Below the pieces are notes generated by a model, which made no database searches, was not told where the DNA came from, and saw only the letters and a program-made list of their open reading frames with translations. A DNA stretch of 64,000 bases from the human T2T-CHM13v2.0 reference genome, Homo sapiens. The number at the start of each line of letters is the position of its first letter. The first letter of the stretch is position 1. Position numbers and translations under genes: made by a program. The stretch lies in assembly GCF_009914755.1 (NCBI RefSeq), contig NC_060937.1; one strand, given 5' to 3'. Positions 51,136 to 64,000 of this stretch are shown piece by piece.

Positions 51136-53171
51136 GACTTATTTTTAAAGCACTTTTTAAATTCTCACCAAAATTAAGAAGAAGATACAGAAATTTCCCA
51201 TATACCCACTCTGCTTCCGCAAATACATAACTTTTCCATCATCAACATCTGTCATCAAACTGGTACATTTTTTATAGTTGACGAACCTACATTGACACAC
51301 CATAATCAACCAAAGCCCATAGTTTACACTATGGTTCACTCTTGGTGTTGTACATTTTAGGGTTTGGACAAATGTATAATGACAGGCACCCTTTTTAGTA
51401 GTATCATATAGAGTATAATCATTGCCCTAAAAATTCTCCGTCCTCCACCGATTGATTCATCGCTCCCCACACCCAACCCTTTACAACTGTAATCTTTTAA
51501 ATGTCTGCATAGTTTTGACTATTCCAGAACATCATGTAGTTGGCATCATACAGTATGCAGCCTTTGCAGATTGGCTTCTTTCACTTAGTAATGCAGTTAA
51601 GATTCCTCCATGTCTTTTCATGGTTTGATAGCTCATTTACTTTTAGTACTTAATAATATTTCATTGTCTGAATGCACCGCAGTTTACTAATGAATTTACC
51701 TAGAAAATGACATTGTAGTTGCTTCCATGTTTTGGCAATTATGAATGAAGCTACTATAAACATCCATGTTCTGGTTTTTATGTGGACATGTTTTCAACCC
51801 CTTTAGGTAAATATCAAGAAATGCAATTGCTGGATCATGTATGAGTATGAGTATGTTTACTTTTATAAGAAACTGCCAGATTTCCAAAGTGAACATATTT
51901 CTATCAGCAATGAATAAGAGTTCCTCTCTTCTATATCCTTTCAAGCATGTGTTGTCATTGTTTTGGATTTTGGCCATTCTAATGGTTGTATAGAGGTAGC
52001 TCACTGTTTTTGTAATTTGCATTTTCCTGTTGACACGTGAGGTGGACCATGTTTTTATATGCTTATTTGCCATCTATATATCTTCTTTGGTGAGGTGTCT
52101 GTTAAGGTCTTTGGCCAATGTTTAATCATGTTGTTTTCTATTGTTGGGTTATAAAAGTTCTTTGTAAATTATGGATAACAGTCCTTTATATGTGTTTTAC
52201 AAAAATATTCTTCCAGTCTCTGGATTGTCCTTTCATTCTATTGACATTGTCTTTCAAAAAGCAGAATTTTAAAATTTTTATAAGATCCAGTTTATCAATT
52301 ATTTACCTTATGGATTGTGACTTTGTTTTACCTAAAGTTTTGCCATATCCACGGTCATCTAAGTTTTCCCCTATGCTATCTTTCAGGAGTTTTAGGGTTT
52401 TTAGTTTACATTTGGGTCCATGACCCATTTTGAGTTAATTTTTTGTAAAAAATGTAAGGTCTTTGTCCAGATTTATTTATTTATTGTTTGCATGTGTATG
52501 TCCAGTTGTCTCACCAACAGCTTTTTTTCAGCAATAATCTTTTGCTGAAAAGATTATTTTTGCTCTATTGTATTGTCTTTTTTCCCTTGTGAAAGAGCAG
52601 TTGACTACATTTATGGGCCTTGTATTCAATTATATTATCCGTTTATCTATTATTTCTTCATTACCTCACTGTCCTGATTACTGTCATTTTACAGTAAGTC
52701 TTAAAGTCAGGTAGTTAGTCCTATAACCTTGTTCTCCTTTAACATTCTGTTGGCTATTCTCGGTATTTTGTTTTTCCCTATTAACTTTAGGATAAGTTTG
52801 CTGATATCCACAAAATAACTTGATGAGATTTTGAGATTGTATTGAATCTATACATCAAATTGGGGAAAACTGACATCTTAACAATATTGAGTGATCCAAA
52901 CCATAAATATGGACTAGTTCTTTGATTATAAATCTTGTATACACATTGTTAAATACATACTGAATTATTTCTTTTTTAGGGTGTTAATAAAAATATTTTC
53001 TGTTTTCAAGTAAAAAATGTACTTTCTCACTGCTGGTACTTTTCACCTCTGGTATATAGGAAAGTGATTAGCTTTGGTATATTAACCTTGTATCCAGCAA
53101 CTTTGTTATATGCTTTTTAGTTGCAGAAGGGTTTTGTTTGTGGTTGTTCTTTCAAGCTTTTTCTTTCAAGT

Positions 53172-53255
53172 TTTCTACATAGATTATTAGACATCTTCAA
53201 ACAAAGGAAGTTGTTTCTCCATAGATTATTAGACATATTGAAACAAAGGCAGTTT
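53172..53255. repeat. 2 x 42 bp tandem duplication inside L1MC
   Basis: 53172-53213 vs 53214-53255, 5 mismatches (catagattattagacat shared). Confidence 0.92.
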
Positions 53256-54309
53256 TATTAGTTTCCCTCCAATTTGTACACCTTTTCATTTTATTTTTTG
53301 GTCTTATTTCATTAGTTAATACTAACAGTATGATGTTAGAAAGGAGTAGGGAGAAGTGGTATTTTTTCCTTGTTTTTGATATTAGAAAATATCTCACCAT
53401 TATAAATAATGCTAGCTGTAGGTATTTTGTGGATGTTCTTTATCAAGTTGAGGAAGTTTCTCTCTATTTCTCAATACAGAGAGTTTTTATTATGAATGTG
53501 TGTTGAGTTTTGTCAAATAAACTGCATCTATTGATGTGATCATGTGATTTTCGTTTTTTAGTCTGTTGATGTGCTGTATTACATTAATTGATTTTGGAAA
53601 GTTCAATGAATTCTGCATACCTGGGATAAATCCTACTTGGCTATAGTGTATAATTATTTTTACTCATTGTTGGATTCTATTTTCTAATATCTTCTTGAGG
53701 ATAGTTGTATCTATGTTCATGAGAGATATTAGTTTGTAGTTTTTTTTCTTGTAATGTTTTTGTTTAATTATGACATTTGGGATGCTAGCCTCCTAGAGTA
53801 AGTTAGGAAGTATTTCCTATGCTTCTGTTCTCTGAAGAGATTTTAGATAATTGGTATAATATTTTTCTTGAGTTTTTGTTAGAATTCACCAGTGAAACTA
53901 TTTGTTTCTGAAGCTTTCTATTTTGGAGCTTTGAATTATTGATTCAATTTCTGTAACACATATAATCCCATTCGATTGTTTATTTTTTCTTGCATGAGTT
54001 TTAGCAAATTGTACCTTTCAAGCAATTGTTTCATTTCATACTGAGTATCAAATTTGTGAGCATAGTTATTCCTAGTATTTCTTTATTATCCTTTTAATGT
54101 CCATAGGCTCCATGGTGATGCTCCCTCCTTTATTTCTAATATAAATAATTTGAGTCCTCATTCTGTTTTACTTAGTCTGGCTAGAGCCTTACTAACTTAT
54201 TGATCTTTATTTAAAAAAACAGTTTTGGTTTCATTGATTATCTTTTTGGTTTTCTTTGCTCAACTTAATTGATTTCTGGTCTAATTATGATGAATCTTCT
54301 CCTTACTTT

Positions 54310-54708
54310 TGTTAAACTGAATAAACTGGAGGTTGTTAGCCTGAGGCTGTCTTTATACTGAGTTTCTGTATAACAAACCACAATGTAACTTAGTACATAC
54401 ACAAACCAAAACCTAAAGTTAGAAATATAACAGCTGAATTTCAGTCAATCACAAAGGGTCAACTCATCACACTATGTCCAAGTAAGGCAAATGGCTTATC
54501 TCACCATGCCCAAATAAGGCAGATAGCTTGCTGTAGTCAGATAATGTTTCTACTTTGTTTTGTGCTCCAGTTATAAAAACTCTCTGGTCTAATGCCTGTG
54601 TGGAGCTCTTTAAATCTCTTCTGGCTTTGAATTCTGCCTAATTTCTAATTGTTCTTTGCTTAAATAAATCCTGCTAAATTTAATTTGTCTAAAATTTTTC
54701 TTTTAGGA
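54310..54708 (+). mobile_element. MER57-family ERV1 solo LTR
   Basis: tgttaaa start, aaataaggca motifs, end gttctttgcttaaataaa...aaatttaatttgtctaaa; 4-bp TSD cttt; removing it restores L1 cttactttggatttaatttgctc. Confidence 0.88.
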
Positions 54709-54838
54709 CTTTGGATTTAATTTGCTCCTCTTTTTCAAATATCCTAAGGTGAAAACAAATTATTGATTTTAGATCTTTCTTCTTTTCTGATATATGCATT
54801 TGATACTATAAATTTCCCTCTAAGCATTGTTTTGGCTC

Positions 54839-55256
54839 TGATATAGTTTGGATATGTTTGTCTCCTCCAAGTCTCATGTTAATATTTTATCCCAGTGTTG
54901 GAGGTGGAACTAGTGGGAGCTGTTTTGGTCATGGAAGTGGATCTCTTATGGATGACTTAGTTCCATTCTTGTGGTCATGAGTGAGTTCTTGATCTAATGG
55001 TTCCCATGTTAAATTATTAAAAAGAGCCTGGCCCTTTGTCACCACTCTCTCTTGCTTCCTTCCGCTCACCATGTGATGCTTACTCCCTTTTCCCTTCTGC
55101 CATGAGTGGAAGCTTCCTGCATTCCTTACCAGAAGCAGATGCTGGTGCCATGAATTTTGTACAGCATGCAGAATAGTGAATTGAATAAACCTCTTTTCTT
55201 TATAAATTACCCGATCTCAGGTATTTCTTCGTAGTAAGGCAGAATGGACTAAAACT
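54839..55256 (+). mobile_element. MSTB-type MaLR solo LTR
   Basis: tgatatagtttggatatg...cccagtgttggaggtgg...gccatgagtggaagcttcctg...accagaagcagatgctggtgccatg; TSD ggctc / ggctg. Confidence 0.92.
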
Positions 55257-56736
55257 GGCTGCATCCTACAAAATTGATGTTTCATTTCCACTTTCATTCA
55301 GTTAAAAATATTTTTAAATTTATTTTGAGATTTCATCTTTGACCCATAGGCTACTTAGAAGCATGTTGTTTAATCTCTATGTATTTTGATTTCTAGTTTA
55401 ATCTCATTGTGGTTTTATAACAGATGTTGTATTTCTGTTCCTTTAATTTTGTTGGGGTGTGTTTTATAGCCTACCTTGGTAAATGTTGTTTGTGAGTTCA
55501 AAAAAAAATGTGTACCTTCTTGTTATTGGACAGAGTAGTCTATATAGATTTAAATTACATCCAGCTAATTAATGGTGTTAGTGAGTTCAACTATGTCCTT
55601 ACTGATTTTTCTGCCTAATGGATATTTCCATTTCCGAGAGAAGGGTATTAAAGTCTCCAACTATGTAAGTGGATTCATCTACTTTTGCTTGCACTTCTAT
55701 TAGTTTTTGACTCACAAAGTTTGACACTCTGTTGTTAGCTGTATATATTTTAAAGATTGTTATGTCTTCTTGTAGAATTGACCCCATTATCTTTATATAA
55801 TTTTGTTCTATGTTCCTGGTGACTCTCCTTGCTTGAAAATTTGTTCTGCTTGAAATTGAATTAACTACCTGTGCTTTGCTTTTACTAGTGTTAGCATGGT
55901 ATATTTTCTCTATCTACTTGCTTTTACTCTATATGTCTTTATATTTAGCTGTTTCTTTGTAGACAACATTTAGGAGGTTTGTTTTTTGAATCACTCTGAC
56001 AATCTCTGTCTTTTAACTTGTGCATTTAGACCACTAATATTCAATGTGATTATTGATATAGTTGGATTAATATTAACTATATTTGTTCCTGTTTTCTATT
56101 TTTTTGCCCTAATTTTTTCCTATTTTGTCTTCCACTCTTTTTCTGTACTTTGTGATTTCAACTGAGCATTTTAAGTGATTCTATTTTTTTCTCCTTTCTT
56201 AGCATATCAGCGATATAATTTTTCTACTTATTTTATTGGTTGTTCTGCAATAAATCTTTTAAGTTGTTGTAATTGCATATAATACCTGCTTGAACCACAA
56301 CATGATGCTTGATTCATCCATTATTAGATTTAAATGGGTATTAGAGACAATATACATCAATACTGTCAATTTTGGTACTGAGAAATTAGACAGTACATAT
56401 ATATAAATAATATCAGAAAAATGGCTAAATGTAATTTCATGTGCTGTTTTCTAAATATGCTCAGTATAAATGTTACTTTCTTAGTTCTATAATGCTTTCT
56501 ATATTACATTCTATGTTTAGAAACTTTTGCTTTCACTCTTTTGGCTAAAAATTTCAATTTAATATCTGCCTGAGACCAAAGATCGTTAATGCACCAGTAT
56601 AAAATCATTTTGATTACAATGATATTGATAAAATATCCTATTCCATAAAGTAAAAAATGCTAATATGGTGCTTTCTAATTGATTTTCAGATTATTTATTA
56701 AATCATGGAATTATTAACTCAAATCCCGCTACTCTT

Positions 56737-57027
56737 TTTTTTTTTTTTTTTTTGAGGCGTAATCTCACACTGTTGCCCAGGCTGGAGTGCAATGGCGTGA
56801 TCTTGGCTCACTGCAACCTCCTGGGTTCAAGTGATTCTCCTGCCTCAGCCTCCTGAGTAGCTCGGATTACAAGCGCGTACCACCACACCTGGCTAAATTT
56901 TGTATTTTTAGTAGAGACAGGGTTTCACCATGTTGATCAGGTTGGTTTCGAACTCCTGACCTCATGATCCTTCCGCCTCAGGCTCCCAAAGTGCTGGGAT
57001 TACAGGCATGAGCCACTGCGCCCGGCC
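56737..57027 (-). mobile_element. AluSg-like
   Basis: Antisense Alu with gaactcctgacctcatgatc (2-nt deletion); TSD aatcccgctactctt (56722-56736) / aatcccactattctt (57028-57042). Confidence 0.95.
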
Positions 57028-57099
57028 AATCCCACTATTCTTAACTGTAGCTGTTCTTTATTCAGTTCCTTAGCCCTTCTAGGTTATACATTTTGAAAA

Positions 57100-57430
57100 T
57101 GGCATTTATTCATATTTATCCTTCAGATTACAATTTTAATGTTATTTCTCTAGGAAAAATTGCCTTAGTACCTAAAATGGTCAGAGTTTATACTTAGGCA
57201 TTTTACCTTCATTTTTCTCATTAGCATTTGCCACTGTTTTAATATTAATAATATGTTTTATTTTTGTAATTGTAAAATACATGTCATGGCATGCACATCA
57301 TGAAGTGTAAGCACACTGCAGCCTGTGGATGTATATAATTTGCTCACAGTTTTATCTCTAGAATCTAAAACAGTCTTGGTTCACTGAAGTTTTTTTTTTG
57401 TCCGTATTTACAGAGATAGAAAGAAAAAAA
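57100..57430 (+). mobile_element. L2 3' region
   Basis: gtgtaagcacac...tttgctcacagttttatctctagaatctaaaacagtcttgg. Confidence 0.5.
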
Positions 57431-57605
57431 TTGGGAAGGTAAATGTGTCAATGTTGTCATCACATAAGGAGTCAAGCGAGCCAGTGCACCCTGTGGGCTT
57501 AGGTATTCAATAGATGTAAATTTTTAAATAGGAGAAAACAAAAATTTCTTCAGTATTCTTTGCTTTACAAATTATTTCATATAATTGATTATTTTCTGAT
57601 GTATC

Positions 57606-58020
57606 ACTATAGGTCAAATTGCATTCTCCCCAAATTCACATATTTGGATTCTAACCCTCAGTAACTTGAAATGTGACTGTATTTGGACACAAGTTCCTTA
57701 AAGATGTAATTAAGTTAAAATGAAGGATTTAAGGTGGACTCTAATCCAATATGACAGGTGTCCATCTAAGAGAAGAAAATTTGGATGCATGGAGAGGCTA
57801 CACCAACATGAGCTTGTATAAAGGAAAAAGCTATGAGAGGATAACCTAAGAAGATGGCCATCTATCCGCAAGCCAAGAAGAAAAGTCTTAGAAGTAATCA
57901 AACCTGGAAGCACCTTGATTCTGGACGTCTAACTTCTAAAATTGTAAAAAAATAAATTTTTGTTGTTTAGGCCACACAGTCTATGGTACTTTGTTGTGGC
58001 AGCCCAAGCAGAAAAAGACA
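57606..58020 (+). mobile_element. MLT1B-type MaLR solo LTR
   Basis: ccccaaattcacat...aatgtgactgtatttgga...taattaagttaaaatga...ctaatccaatatgac...agtctatggtactttgttgtggcagccc. Confidence 0.88.
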
Positions 58021-58345
58021 CTGACCCAATGCACTTTATTTCTCAGTACAATAGCTGTTCTAATTATAATTTTTTTATGGGCCACATAAACAAAATCTAA
58101 TGCAGAAAAAAAATCAGATTTGAATGGGACCTCAAAGAATAATTACTGAAAAAAACTATCTTGTATACTTAAAATATTTTACTTTATTTTCTGTTTTATT
58201 TTGTGTTTTAGAGTAACTGTGTGTGTACATATCCGTTATTTGAGGAAGGAGATAAATGGTTTTGGAAAAGGAGTATTTTAATGCCAAATAAAATAAATTA
58301 TCATGTGTGTTTGTAGCTAAAATACTTAAATTTTAATACACCTTG

Positions 58346-58638
58346 GGTCAGGCGTAGTGGCCCACACCTGTAATTGCAGCAATTTGGGAGGCCAAGGCAG
58401 GTGGATTGCTTGAACCCAGGAGTTCCAGATATGTCATGGCAACATGGCAAAATCTCGTCTCTACAAAAAATACAAAAATTAGCCGAGTGTATTGGCACAT
58501 GCTTGTAGTACCAGCTACTCTGGAGGCTGGGGTGGCAGGATCACTTGGGAAGTTGAGGCCGCAGTGAGCAGTGATTGAGTTGCTGCACTCCAGCCTGGGC
58601 AACAGAACAAGACCTTACATGTAAATAAATAAATAAAT
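58346..58638 (+). mobile_element. AluJ (Jb-like)
   Basis: ggattgcttgaacccaggagtt...ggcaacatggcaaaa...ctctacaaaaaatacaaaaattagcc...gaggccgcagtgagc; (TAAA)n tail. Confidence 0.93.
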
Positions 58639-59924
58639 CATTTCATTCTTAGTGGGCACCATTGGTTAACTGTCAAAATCAATCTAACTTTCATAAGCAA
58701 AGAAAAAATACAAATGAAATAAGTAATTAATATTTTGTATGTCTTCCACCTCTAATTCTATAATTGGTCAGATTATTATTTTATTAGATTTCATATTAGT
58801 GGAACTTTCAGAACTTTGTTTTGAAATATACATATGTTTACCAATAAAAAATAAAAAGTCAATTTTGACATCCCAATTTTCTTGCAAAACCAGTTAATTA
58901 ATATTAGCATGACTCTTACTAATGGCTTAAAATAATGTAGAAATCCTATGATGCTAAGAATTCATTTTTAAATAACTCTTTTTACAAAATAAATGTTAAG
59001 GTAACAATCTCAATTCTTTAACTTTGATTTATAAGGCCTGTATTAACTTTTAAAATAACATTACATATCTCTATCACGCAAAGTTGTCAGAGGAATATAG
59101 TAAAAAAATCAAATAGAAGTTCAGAAGACTTACTAGACTTTTCTGGGACACAGAAATGTTAAAGAAATCAGATATGCCAAAGGGACACATCACACTTTAA
59201 AACAAATTCTATTTATGGAAAGTAACCTATATACCATTTGTTATTTGCTAATTTCTCACAAAACTCTAGCATCTCAATGTACTCTCAGAAAATATATATT
59301 AACACAGGATTTTAGTTACATATTTAAATCTCAAAATTCTATTTCATAGTATACTAGCAGCTAGTCATTAACATAATGTGAAGTATCTCATATATCATTT
59401 AAACCGTAGTTGTCTAAATAAGTAAAAAAAATACATTTATGTCTCATTTTCCTTAATTTTTTATTATGTGTGTAATTGCTTGCTTACTAATCTACATAAT
59501 CCAGTATATCAGAGTCCCTGTCACTTTAGTGAATTAATCTGCATTATTTCAACTTGACTGATTAAACTAAAAGAATAGCATCAAGAATTTTAGGCTGTCA
59601 TTTAAATATCATTTAAAAATGCACGTAGAAAATACTCAAAACATATAAATTCAAAAACCTCAGGAAGTACTAAAGAAAAATTATAGAGACAATATTAAAA
59701 TTGATTTCCTAGCACTAAGATAATTCTACAGCAATGAATTTAGGTAAACAGCTGGAAAAGAGAACATCAAATTTGACTAAAAATATATTAATGGGAAAAA
59801 CAGTAAATTCACCTGTTCCTTCTGTAGAATAACCACAAAATGCAGAAATAGTCTAGATTCAAAAATACAAATAGGTTTTTTATAAAAAGATTTTAGCCTC
59901 TTACTTAAAGTAGAGAACCAAAAA

Positions 59925-59997
59925 AGAGGTCTGGAATTTATTTCCAGTTCTGTAACTTACTCAATGTGTGACCTTAAGTTGATACTTTTAGCCTATT
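59925..59997 (+). mobile_element. MIR 5' part, cut by the L1PA7 insertion
   Basis: ccagttctgtaacttactcaatgtgtgaccttaag. Confidence 0.5.
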
Positions 59998-60215
59998 CTT
60001 TTTTTCTTCATTATTATACTTTAAGTTCTGGGATACAGGTGCAAAACGTTCAGGTTTGTTACACAGGTATACACGTGCCATGGTGGTTTGCTGCACCCAT
60101 CAACCTGTCATCTACATTGGGTATTACTCCTAATGCTATCCCTCCCCTAGACCCCACCCCCCAACAGGCCCCAGTGTGTGATGTTCCCCTCCCTGTGTCC
60201 ATGTGTTCTCATTGT

Positions 60216-63960
<3,745 letters not shown>

Positions 63961-64000
63961 TATGATGCTAGCTGGTTATTTTGCCCATTAGTTGATTCAG

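Larger units (their letters stand above)
50805..56245 (-). mobile_element. L1MC1-like element, interrupted by AluSp, MER57 and MSTB
   Basis: Antisense 3' end (gaacctacattgacacaccataatcaaccaaagcccatagtttac...gttcactcttggtgttgtacatt); ORF2 peptides MANKHIKTWSTS... and EN-domain GSILQEDITIFKIY...IVGDFNTLLS. Confidence 0.93.

Overview
This is an AT-rich, CpG-depleted 64 kb window of catarrhine primate (human/ape/monkey-like) nuclear DNA, either intergenic or deep intronic. I find no protein-coding exon, RNA gene, CpG island or prokaryotic system. Every ORF in the track that I can assign is a decayed L1 ORF2, Alu or simple-repeat product, and the rest look like chance AT-rich ORFs. About half the window is recognisable interspersed repeat: L1PA4-13, L1MA, L1MC, L1ME, HAL1, seven Alus (J, S, Y), MIR and L2, MaLR LTRs (MLT1B/C/F/K-L, MSTB, THE1A), ERV1-type solo LTRs (MER57- and MER67-like) and MER58A. 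I see no evidence of a new biological system. The interesting signals are fossil traces of genome dynamics: a probable near-complete ancient MaLR provirus split by nested insertions (32-37 kb), a twin-primed (5'-inverted) L1MA, a patchwork templated-insertion scar copied from about 780 bp away (41.2-42.1 kb), a perfect 62-bp tandem duplication, a possible micro 3' transduction behind an L1PA6, and a plus-strand bias of LTRs that hints at a minus-strand host transcript. Subfamily names come from my recall of consensus diagnostics, not from a RepeatMasker run. Boundaries of old elements are approximate.
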